Below are positions 1-6,595 of a DNA stretch of 15,333 nucleotides, one piece after another. The notes under the pieces are model-generated. The model did no database searches and was not told where the DNA came from. It worked only from the letters and a program-made list of their open reading frames with translations. The stretch is from a virus. Lineage: Duplodnaviria > Heunggongvirae > Uroviricota > Caudoviricetes. The stretch is taken from IMG/VR virus record IMGVR_UViG_3300010283_000228, positions 1 through 15,333 of that record, one strand, 5' to 3'. The first letter of the stretch is position 1. Each line of letters starts with the position of its first letter. Made by a program: the position numbers and the translations under genes.

Positions 1-85
1 AAAAATGAGCGGATGGGAAACTCTCGAAATGGTTCGTCGATATGCTCACCTCGCACCTAATCACCTTACCGAACACGCACGGTAA
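1..85 (+). CDS. tyrosine recombinase/integrase, C-terminal fragment (5' end lies left of the window)
   Basis: Frame 2 reads KMSGWETLEMVRRYAHLAPNHLTEHAR followed by TAA at 83-85. The LEMVRRYAHL stretch matches the conserved C-terminal catalytic-tyrosine region of phage integrases (established family signature). Only 27 codons are visible, so the family assignment is tentative. Confidence 0.55.
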   Translation, partial: KMSGWETLEMVRRYAHLAPNHLTEHAR

Positions 86-171
86 ATAGATTCGATCCTG
101 AACCCATCGGTCCCAAATCTGTCCCAATAAAAAATAAGGAAGGTATTAGTGATGTGTAACTTATTGATTTA

Positions 172-189
172 AATGGTGCGATAATAGGA
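172..189. other. possible degenerate copy of the tRNA-Thr 3' end (candidate distal att core of the island)
   Basis: aatggtgcgataatagga here versus aatggtgccgataagagga at 15182-15200 (3' end of the tRNA plus 2 flanking nt): matching blocks of 8, 5 and 4 nt with one indel and one mismatch. Seen by eye; could be chance. Confidence 0.25.
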
Positions 190-250
190 ACAAAACACAA
201 ACAATAAATACATTGATGTTTAATGATATTTTCATATTGCATTTTTATAG

Positions 251-273
251 ATACCCCCAAAAGTACCCCCAAT
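251..273. repeat. 23-bp direct repeat ATACCCCCAAAAGTACCCCCAAT, copy 1 (candidate integrase arm-type site at the distal island end)
   Basis: Identical 23-mer found again at 15049-15071 between the integrase start and the tRNA. The repeat itself contains two ACCCCCAA units. The sequence identity is direct observation; the function is inference. Confidence 0.6.
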
Positions 274-773
274 AAATTTTCCCTTATCCCAAACTGTGCA
301 AAAATCGACTCTCTAGCACTCTTTTTCTTCGAGTCTCAACCTCACCAGCACTCAATGATGAAAGGCTGGTGGATGCCCAAGGATAACTACTAGCGTAAAG
401 TATTTTTTAATTTCGCGAGGGTACAAATTTGATGAGGCGGGCAGTCCCGGACAGCCATGGCTACAACGATTTTCCCGCCTCCTCTCCACCGACTACACTG
501 TTATGACACCAGCAGTGCTCACCTTGTGCAGAATTTCTGAACGTCAAGAATGTAGGCCATGATGATATGTGGCGATGCACCGAGTGACGCTGCACATAAT
601 GGAGATTAAATCTAATAATGTTGGTGGTGGAGATGTGAAGAAGGCGACCCGAGTGTTTGTGTGAAATGAATTGATGCCTCTACAGAAATGATTATATAGA
701 TTCAATAACTGGTTAGGTAAGAAAACTATCTGTTCTAAGGATTATGGTTTGAAAATTAAATCATGAATACATT

Positions 774-799
774 AAAAAAACCACCTCATCGAGAGGTGG
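774..799 (-). terminator. rho-independent terminator downstream of the ATPase gene
   Basis: Stem ccacctc (781-787) / gaggtgg (793-799) with loop atcga, flanked on the plus strand by a 7-nt A run (774-780), which gives a U tract after the hairpin on the minus-strand transcript. Lies 44 nt past the ATPase stop. Confidence 0.65.
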
Positions 800-842
800 T
801 TTAGGAGTAACAATAAAATTCTGTTTATAATGGCTTTCAATA

Positions 843-2048
843 TCACATATTCGCCAATCGAATAAAACTCGGCATCCTTGGATCGGTGAACTTATACACG
901 CCTCTACCCAGTCTTTTTATTGTCGCTCCAAAATCCTTTTTAATTAAGCGTCCTGTATAGTTACTCATACTTTGGTTGTTATATCTCTCTCCAGTATCTT
1001 GATATATCTGGTTTATCCATTCTTTAACGCCAAACTCCTCATTTTTAAACTTTGACGCTGAATATAGAATTTTTTTGTACACATCTGTTTTAGATGAACG
1101 AACAGCATCCTCATACTCTCTTCTTAGCCTACCTTCAGCATTCTCAACTGATTTTTCAATTGATTTATGGAAGATTTCAGAATTAATAACTTTGCTTGAA
1201 TCAACAATGGCAGCCTCAGCAGCCTCCTTGCAAAGGAGGTGAGTAAAATATGGAAAGCCATTGCTTATATCAACTATTTGATTTTTAATTTCATCGTCAA
1301 ACCTTAGTCCTAATCCCTTTTCTCCCAGACTGATTATTTCTAACAGATGCTTTTCATCAACCCCTCCCAGACAAACCTCATGCAGGCATCTATTAACAGA
1401 TTCATGCCCTGCCGTAAGGCTTTTACCATCCTTAGAAATTCCCACAAGCAATACTTTCAATTTCGAATTAAAATCGCTCAACTGCTTTATAAACTCTGCA
1501 ACAGCTTTCTTTATATCGTCTTCTAATACATCAAACTCATCTATAACGAGAACCCCCTGAATTATTCCAATAGTCGCTGCTGCCTTTCGAGGAGTTATTT
1601 CATCTCGTTCTATAGTTATTTTTTCTTCATAACCCACGTTACCAGTAAAGAAACTAAAAAACTTTGCAGATAAGCCTGCCTTTATTACTTTCTCTTCCTT
1701 ATACTTTTCCGGGTTTTGTGAGATAAATATTGCACATTCAGAGACGATATCTTTAAATTTAGTGTTAGTATCACACTTCACATTAAAATACTCACCTAAA
1801 AGTACGTTGTATTGCCTGCCACCAATAACTGTAGCATTAGCTAATGAGCTCTTTCCGATTCCTCTATCACCATATATCATACAATGCCTACCAGGAACCG
1901 TTAAATTATCTAAAATACTTCTCACTTCAGTATCTCTCCCCTTTAAATACTCAGGATTAGATATAGGAGTTGAAGGAGTATAATATTTATTCACATCATC
2001 TTTTTTTGCAAATTCTTGTGCATACTCTGCAAAAATATTCACATACAT
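843..2048 (-). CDS. stand-alone P-loop NTPase (AAA+/AAA_16-like ATPase domain with uncharacterised C-terminal region), 401 aa
   Basis: Long ORF with a GGAG Shine-Dalgarno about 6 nt upstream of the ATG at 2048. Translation shows Walker A GDRGIGKSS preceded by an LKGRDTE motif typical of AAA_16-type NTPases, and Walker B VLVIDEFD. Visibly AT-rich compared with the island backbone. Flanked by its own upstream and downstream terminators. Confidence 0.85.
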   Translation of the reverse strand: MYVNIFAEYAQEFAKKDDVNKYYTPSTPISNPEYLKGRDTEVRSILDNLTVPGRHCMIYGDRGIGKSSLANATVIGGRQYNVLLGEYFNVKCDTNTKFKDIVSECAIFISQNPEKYKEEKVIKAGLSAKFFSFFTGNVGYEEKITIERDEITPRKAAATIGIIQGVLVIDEFDVLEDDIKKAVAEFIKQLSDFNSKLKVLLVGISKDGKSLTAGHESVNRCLHEVCLGGVDEKHLLEIISLGEKGLGLRFDDEIKNQIVDISNGFPYFTHLLCKEAAEAAIVDSSKVINSEIFHKSIEKSVENAEGRLRREYEDAVRSSKTDVYKKILYSASKFKNEEFGVKEWINQIYQDTGERYNNQSMSNYTGRLIKKDFGATIKRLGRGVYKFTDPRMPSFIRLANM

Positions 2049-2224
2049 CTCCTTTTCATTAAAAATGATTAACCTACCACTTTCTGTTTTGCAACCGTTA
2101 CAAACTTCTTACGAGACTAAATATTTACGCATATCAAAGGAATGTTACGCACGCTCATATCCATCCCACGCTATCCCATTTTACATGAACATAAGTAAAA
2201 GCTCGCAACATCAGCATCAACAAA

Positions 2225-2243
2225 AAGCCTTACCCGTAGGCTT
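2225..2243 (-). terminator. possible weak terminator between the small ORF and the ATPase gene
   Basis: Stem aagcct (2225-2230) / aggctt (2238-2243) with loop tacccgt, followed on the minus-strand transcript by UUUUUG. Short stem, so low confidence. Confidence 0.35.
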
Positions 2244-2282
2244 AATGTTTGGCTTGGCTGTTGACTTACCGTAACGCTCCGC

Positions 2283-2462
2283 TCACCGTCGTGGCCTGTC
2301 CGGTTTCCGCCACTGATACGGCCTCACATCATCATGCTGGTGGCGTTCCTGTTGCAGCACAACGGAAACAGGCGCTGAACACCTGTTAATTTTGCTTGCT
2401 GGTTGTTTGATTTCGGCAATGCTGCGGATCATCTCCAGCATATCGGCTTCGGTGATGGTCAT
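2283..2462 (-). CDS. small hypothetical protein, 59 aa (below the ORF-track cutoff)
   Basis: Hand translation from the ATG at 2462 gives MTITEADMLEMIRSIAEIKQPASKINRCSAPVSVVLQQERHQHDDVRPYQWRKPDRPRR with TGA stop. AAGGTG lies about 7 nt upstream of the ATG. No recognisable motif. Confidence 0.3.
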   Translation of the reverse strand: MTITEADMLEMIRSIAEIKQPASKINRCSAPVSVVLQQERHQHDDVRPYQWRKPDRPRR

Positions 2463-2470
2463 GATTTACA

Positions 2471-2752
2471 CCTTAGGAAATCTTAGGGGCTGGTTGACAC
2501 TTTCCGGCTTAAGACCTTAACAAATCTTAACATCGCAGGTTGACACACTTGACACTTTTTCGCGAAAAACCTTATCAAACCTTAGCATTTCTGAGCATGG
2601 CAACTTGACACTTTTCGCGATTTTTTCGGCTTTTTGACGAGGTAAATCTGGCGCAAAGCCAGTAACGGCGGGGTTTACAGCGAGGTTGACACTTTTTCGC
2701 GTTCAGAGTGTAAAGTGTCAACCTGGCAAGCTGCTCAACTTGACACTTTTTG
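2471..2752. repeat. array of short repeats: at least six TTGACAC(T)TTTTCGCG units plus one inverted copy, interleaved with three CCTTA-N-AAATCTTA units
   Basis: TTGACAC at about 2494, 2541, 2549, 2606, 2687 and 2740; inverted GTGTCAACC at 2716-2724; CCTTAGGAAATCTTAGG at 2471, CCTTAACAAATCTTAACA at 2514, CCTTATCAAACCTTAGCA at 2570. All seen directly in the sequence. Sits immediately downstream of the wHTH gene and upstream of the 59-aa ORF and ATPase. Confidence 0.75.
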
Positions 2753-2755
2753 ATG

Positions 2756-3292
2756 TCATTGATGGTCTGATTTTTCCCATTCAGCCAGGGCGTTTAGCCC
2801 GGCTTCACTCCATGATTCCAGTTCATCGGGATAATCACCTGCAACATAGCAGAGTTCGCAACGTAGCATACGAATTGCCAGCCTGGCATTACCTCGCAAA
2901 TTGTATTTTTCAAAGTAATGCTGCCCTTCATCATCCTCAAGGCAGATAGCACCATCATCAAGAAAGAGCACTTCCCAGCCTAATTCCCCGGCTGCATACA
3001 GCACACGCTGCTGTATGTCATCGTCCGTTACTGGCGAAGGAATTTTACCGTCTCTGGCCTTAACTGCTTTCCAGAATTCGCCCCACGTCATTTCCAGCGT
3101 TCTTTCTGGCCACATTTCAGAAACGGTGTCTTTCCCTTGTGCCGGTGGGCTGTTCCGCTGCTCTGTCGCCTCCACATCAATTTTTTTGCCAGACATGATC
3201 ACTTCGCCTTTCTCGATCCAGTCGTAAACTGTCTGGCGGCTTACGCCTTTGTATTTGGCGTATTCGGCTTTACTCATCAACATGTAGCTCAC
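2756..3292 (-). CDS. winged-HTH DNA-binding protein with phage Nu1/small-terminase-like N-terminus, 178 aa (function uncertain: packaging-redirection or regulator)
   Basis: GAGGTG Shine-Dalgarno 6 nt upstream of the ATG at 3292. N-terminal KAEYAKYKGVSRQTVYDWIEKG aligns by eye with the lambda Nu1 HTH (KKQLADIFGASIRTIQNWQEQG) and also with the MerR/excisionase-type HTH. Acidic C-terminal half. Confidence 0.8.
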   Translation of the reverse strand: MSYMLMSKAEYAKYKGVSRQTVYDWIEKGEVIMSGKKIDVEATEQRNSPPAQGKDTVSEMWPERTLEMTWGEFWKAVKARDGKIPSPVTDDDIQQRVLYAAGELGWEVLFLDDGAICLEDDEGQHYFEKYNLRGNARLAIRMLRCELCYVAGDYPDELESWSEAGLNALAEWEKSDHQ

Positions 3293-3382
3293 CTCATGCG
3301 TATACGATAAAAAATAATTTCATGCGGAAAGGGAATGCGTTGTGGGTATGGAGGAAAGGGGCAATAACCGCCCCTTACTGAT

Positions 3383-3655
3383 TCAGTTGCGCCAGGATGG
3401 CTGGCTAAGCGTGGTTTTCATTACATCATTGACGACCTGTTTTACGATTTCTGTGTTGGCAGTCGTGCTTTCAACATCAACAAAGCCATAATCGCCAATT
3501 TCCACCGTCAGGGATTCCAGTTTCTTCCCTAGAGCATCAGGCAACTCTCCACTGAACCGGTGCTGAAGATTTTCCACCAGCAACGCCCTGAATGCCTCGC
3601 TGTTCTCTTTTTTCTGCCATAGCTGGCGTTTATCCACTCTGATATTTAATTTCAC
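3383..3655 (-). CDS. hypothetical protein, 90 aa, translationally coupled to the upstream 55-aa gene
   Basis: GTG start at 3655 overlaps the TGA stop of the upstream gene (GTGA), with GAGGTG about 5 nt upstream. Protein-like composition; no recognisable motif. Confidence 0.55.
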   Translation of the reverse strand: MKLNIRVDKRQLWQKKENSEAFRALLVENLQHRFSGELPDALGKKLESLTVEIGDYGFVDVESTTANTEIVKQVVNDVMKTTLSQPSWRN

Positions 3656-3819
3656 AGTCTCACCTCTTTAAGTGCCTTATCCATCAGTTGCCGGGCGATA
3701 ACATGAATCGACGGTGCCACACCAAGCACAGATTTCTGACGCTCTTCGTCCTGGATGCGTTGCAGGGCTTCGATCTGCCTCCGGGAAAGTAAAACTGGCT
3801 TTACTCCGTGATTTTTCAT
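3652..3819 (-). CDS. small putative DNA-binding protein, 55 aa (MKNHGVKPVLLSRRQIEALQRIQDEERQKSVLGVAPSIHVIARQLMDKALKEVRL)
   Basis: Internal ATG of the 107-aa track ORF, with AGAAGGGA Shine-Dalgarno 5 nt upstream. The N-terminal part of the track ORF is Cys/Asn-rich and runs through palindromic operator DNA, so it is judged non-coding. Perfect palindromes lie 20-70 bp upstream. Confidence 0.5.
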   Translation of the reverse strand: MKNHGVKPVLLSRRQIEALQRIQDEERQKSVLGVAPSIHVIARQLMDKALKEVRL

Positions 3820-3838
3820 GATGATCCCTTCTGAATGA

Positions 3839-3891
3839 CAATAATTGCAATTATTGCACAAATTGAAATGATACCAGAGACAATTGCAATA
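3839..3891. promoter_or_regulatory. operator-like palindromes upstream of the 55-aa/90-aa module
   Basis: Perfect 18-bp palindrome CAATAATTGCAATTATTG at 3839-3856 and a related AATTGCAATA at 3882-3891, just upstream of the Shine-Dalgarno of the 55-aa gene. Confidence 0.5.
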
Positions 3892-4097
3892 AATGAAACG
3901 AAAAGCATCAATAAACCAACCTTCGGCACTGAATGCTCTGATTTTTCTGCAAAGGTATGGCAGATGTTGGTGCATGCAAACATAAAGGCAATAGCAGAAG
4001 AAGCTGCGGGGAGTGAAAAGGGGAAGTTTTTATAAATACACGATTGTCGCCTCACTGCAGGTTAACAGCCACAAGCTCCATGATAATAACTTGTTAA

Positions 4098-4421
4098 TTA
4101 TTTCATCAGATTTTTCATTATTTGCGCGATTGAGTACACAAGCAAAAACTCGGCAGCCGCAAGAGTATAAAAAACATAAATTCGCTTAGCCCACCGACGA
4201 TGAAAGAACTCCTCAGCATGGCCGGATGTTCGAGATACAAGCCATGCACCTACTGCACACAGAGCAGGTGCAATGAGCACAGTTATAAACCAGATTGTGA
4301 TGCCCATCCCATGCCTACTGATAATAGCCATTGGTATTGCAAAAATGAATGTTAGAGCAGCATTAGCTAATAGAATATCTTTTAAAGTATTTTCAATTAG
4401 TTTTGCTAGATTATCTTTCAT
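4098..4421 (-). CDS. small integral membrane protein, 107 aa, three predicted hydrophobic helices
   Basis: Three hydrophobic segments of about 20 residues each (ILLANAALTFIFAIPMAIIS, ITIWFITVLIAPALCAVGAWLV, IYVFYTLAAAEFLLVYSIAQIM). TGGGGGA lies 4 nt upstream of the ATG. AT-rich. Confidence 0.65.
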   Translation of the reverse strand: MKDNLAKLIENTLKDILLANAALTFIFAIPMAIISRHGMGITIWFITVLIAPALCAVGAWLVSRTSGHAEEFFHRRWAKRIYVFYTLAAAEFLLVYSIAQIMKNLMK

Positions 4422-4451
4422 CTAATCCCCCACGTTGAACATTAATATATA

Positions 4452-4474
4452 AAAGCCCCTTACTAAGGGGCTTT
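4452..4474 (-). terminator. rho-independent terminator after the lipoprotein gene
   Basis: 10-bp perfect stem aaagcccctt (4452-4461) / aaggggcttt (4465-4474), followed on the minus-strand transcript by UAUAUAUU. Confidence 0.55.
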
Positions 4475-4485
4475 GCACGGATTGT

Positions 4486-5628
4486 TTAAAGGGAACTTTT
4501 TTTCGCCCCTTCAATTTCTGCCTGACAAATTTCGTCATTTGTAAATGAGTACTGCAGATAGACATATCCCTGAGTGGAATTGTTCGCTCTGGCCTCAATA
4601 GATATAGTATCAATATTGTTTTTTAATGGTATTTCTTTTGTTCCCTTCCATGTAGCAGATAAGAAGCGTTCTTTTTTGTTTAGCCCCCTCATCCAGTCCT
4701 GAGGATCTTTCCAAATTGAACCAGCCAGCAAAAAGTCTGTAGTATCAGCCTTTCCATACAGAGAACTTAAAGAATTACTCAATTCTTCAAACTTGGATTT
4801 AAGAGCCAATCCATAGCTATCAGTATCAATATTTTTTCCTAAAGCCCGTATTTGACATAAACCAGCTTTCGGGGAGATCAGCAAACCATACATTTCAAAA
4901 TCTGCGTTTTGCTTCGGTAATTTATCAGAAGTATACAGATTCACACTGTCTGGTAGTGGCTTGAGCTTAGCACCGATCATATCTTCGATGTTTTTCTGTG
5001 TAAGACCGGCTTCTAAGCCAAACGGACCATCCGCTGGCGGGAGTAAAGGAAGTTGCTCTTGGGAATTTTTGGCTGTTACTTCCGTTTCAGTACTGTTTTT
5101 TGCGTCATTAGCTTGTACTGATGCCAGCTTAACTTCAGCGAGGCCATACTTGGCTGTGAGGTACTTTTGCTGCAACATTGCCATGGTCTGCTCTTCAGTG
5201 GCAACAGTAGATAATTTTAGTACCTTTATCAGACCACCACTATACTGACGAGCATCAGCTTTGGCTTCGTTGATTTTTGCATCTAAGCTGTCAATTTCAG
5301 TTTTAATTGAAGCCGCAAGCTCAGGATCAGGTTTTACTCCAGATACAACAACATCAATTTTGGCACCTGATTCAATAGCATTAATACGCTGTTCCAAAAG
5401 CGCTTTATTAGTTCCTAATATTTCCAGTCTTGCTGTTGTCAGATTTTTTATCAACCCACCAGAAAACTGCTGGTCAACTTCCTTAGCTGCTGATATTTCA
5501 CCTTCCGTTTGCGACAGTTCAGCTTTAAGAGCAGCTACTTCCTGTTTCTGTTCTGGAGTTAACTCTTCTGGCCCACATCCGGTTAACATTACTATACCGA
5601 CTAATGTTGCAATTAAAGTTTTATTCAT
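4486..5628 (-). CDS. lipoprotein, 380 aa, with internally repeated SGGLIK-containing module and uncharacterised C-terminal domain
   Basis: N-terminus MNKTLIATLVGIVMLTGC is a signal peptide ending in a lipobox (LTGC). Two related segments, QQFSGGLIKNL and RQYSGGLIKVL, each sit in a charged, helix-prone context. Long protein-like ORF, AT-rich. Shine-Dalgarno is weak (AGGG 2 nt from the ATG). Confidence 0.8.
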   Translation of the reverse strand: MNKTLIATLVGIVMLTGCGPEELTPEQKQEVAALKAELSQTEGEISAAKEVDQQFSGGLIKNLTTARLEILGTNKALLEQRINAIESGAKIDVVVSGVKPDPELAASIKTEIDSLDAKINEAKADARQYSGGLIKVLKLSTVATEEQTMAMLQQKYLTAKYGLAEVKLASVQANDAKNSTETEVTAKNSQEQLPLLPPADGPFGLEAGLTQKNIEDMIGAKLKPLPDSVNLYTSDKLPKQNADFEMYGLLISPKAGLCQIRALGKNIDTDSYGLALKSKFEELSNSLSSLYGKADTTDFLLAGSIWKDPQDWMRGLNKKERFLSATWKGTKEIPLKNNIDTISIEARANNSTQGYVYLQYSFTNDEICQAEIEGAKKSSL

Positions 5629-5762
5629 ATCCCTATTCCAAATGAAAATATTCAGATTAATCTTATCAGGAACCCAGATGCAATTGAATATTCATCTGCT
5701 CAGCAACGTAGTAGATTTCCTCAGAAAGCATCAACAAAAAACCAAGAGAATCCCATCCTCTG

Positions 5763-6050
5763 TTACTGACTACAATTGTTCTTTTTTTGGTATTTCCTGA
5801 ATGCCTCACCATTGGGCTGATGTAATCCCATCCCGGCATGTGCCCGGCTGATGGTTTCGCGCATCTCCCCGAAATTATCCTGCCTTGCTGGTGGGCGTGC
5901 TGCCTTGTGGATACATTCCGCGCGACGTTTTGCCGCCTGTTCCCGTGCCTTGTCATCATTCGCCAGCATGATGACCTCAGCCCACCGCGCCGCCGCTCTC
6001 CGGTACAGACCACGCGCTTCCAGTGCTTCCGCTTTGCTGTCGTGAATCAT
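5763..6050 (-). CDS. PerC/Pch-family-like small transcriptional activator, 95 aa
   Basis: N-terminal AEALEARGLYRRAAARWAEV matches the remembered PerC/Pch signature (A..LE..GLWRRAA..W). ATG at 6050 overlaps the TGA of the upstream FinO-like gene (ATGA). Confidence 0.65.
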   Translation of the reverse strand: MIHDSKAEALEARGLYRRAAARWAEVIMLANDDKAREQAAKRRAECIHKAARPPARQDNFGEMRETISRAHAGMGLHQPNGEAFRKYQKKNNCSQ

Positions 6051-6589
6051 GCGCCTATTGTCTCCTTTGCTGCCCGGCGCTGGCGTTTGCGCTTCTCATT
6101 CAGCGCCACCAGCCGCGTTTCTGCGTCCTGTTGTTCCTGTGGTGTCACCTCGCCGCACGGCTGGCCTTTCAGGTCGTAGCGTACCCCACCAGCCATTAAG
6201 GCGCGGTAATAGCGCGGACACTGCGCATAAGATGCCAGCGTCGCACGCAATGCCCCTGGCCCGAATGCCAGCCCCCTGACGGCGAGATCCTGCATCAGGT
6301 CGTCGAATATCCCCACCTTAAGCGGCTTCAGTGCTTCCCGGCTGAATAAGTCAGGCCACAACTCAGTGAGGCGGTTAACGCGCCTGCGGTTTTTGCGCTG
6401 GCGTTTGGTCATATGCCGCCACGGTGTCGCCCCTGTAGGCTTCTGCTGCGCTTTCTGGTTACCGGGCATCACTTTATGCGCCGATGTGGTTTTATCCTGC
6501 TCCTGTGCCGCCTGCGTCGTTTTCTGCGGCGTGCCGTAAATACCTTTTGGTTTTCTGTTAATGGTCAGCTTAGTCATGCTTTGCCCCAT
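6047..6589 (-). CDS. ProQ/FinO-domain RNA-binding protein, 180 aa (alternative start at 6577)
   Basis: Segment WPDLFSREALKPLKVGIFDDLMQDL...YAQCPRYYRALMAGGVRYDLKGQPCGEVTPQEQQDAE aligns by eye with the E. coli ProQ N-terminal FinO domain ([55 protein letters not shown]). Basic N-terminal tail. Confidence 0.8.
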   Translation of the reverse strand: MGQSMTKLTINRKPKGIYGTPQKTTQAAQEQDKTTSAHKVMPGNQKAQQKPTGATPWRHMTKRQRKNRRRVNRLTELWPDLFSREALKPLKVGIFDDLMQDLAVRGLAFGPGALRATLASYAQCPRYYRALMAGGVRYDLKGQPCGEVTPQEQQDAETRLVALNEKRKRQRRAAKETIGA

Positions 6590-6595
6590 CGTTAC

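Noticed and set aside
96-118. TTCGATCC motif resembling a tRNA T-loop just after the left integrase
   Set aside because: No complementary T-stem or acceptor arm could be built around it, and it does not match the tRNA-Thr 3' end.
66-272. 68-aa minus-strand ORF
   Set aside because: Overlaps the integrase 3' end and the att-like repeat region, has no ribosome-binding site, and its composition is not protein-like.
2065-2274. 69-aa plus-strand ORF
   Set aside because: Lies in the promoter and terminator region between the small ORF and the ATPase gene; no ribosome-binding site.
2686-3227. Plus-strand ORFs 2686-2949 and 3015-3227
   Set aside because: Antisense shadows of the wHTH gene; one runs through the repeat array.
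3345-3375. GC hairpin AAGGGGCGGTTATTGCCCCTT after the 90-aa gene as a terminator
   Set aside because: No U tract on either strand; may still be a structured element, but not called as a terminator.
3652-3975. Full 107-aa version of the ORF containing the 55-aa gene
   Set aside because: The N-terminal extension is Cys/Asn-rich and spans the palindromic operators; the internal ATG at 3819 has the ribosome-binding site.
3816-4055. 79-aa minus-strand ORF with a very hydrophobic C-terminus (and the antisense 66-aa ORF at 3835-4035), which could be read as a small membrane toxin
   Set aside because: The hydrophobic run is the translation of the AT-rich palindromic operator DNA (ATTGCAATTATT repeats give Ile/Ala codons). 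No convincing Shine-Dalgarno for any candidate start, and the stop is the trivial TGA inside the ATGAAA start of the next gene. A real micro-protein cannot be excluded.
4422-4613. 63-aa minus-strand ORF
   Set aside because: Overlaps the 3' end of the lipoprotein gene and its terminator hairpin.
4961-5800. Plus-strand ORFs 4961-5248 and 5261-5800
   Set aside because: Antisense to the lipoprotein gene, with Ser/Cys-rich, non-protein-like translations.
5666-6279. ORFs 5666-6013 (-), 5838-6179 (+), 5851-6045 (+) and 6049-6279 (+)
   Set aside because: Alternative frames overlapping the PerC-like and FinO-like genes; Arg/Ser/Cys-rich translations typical of off-frame reads of GC-rich coding DNA.
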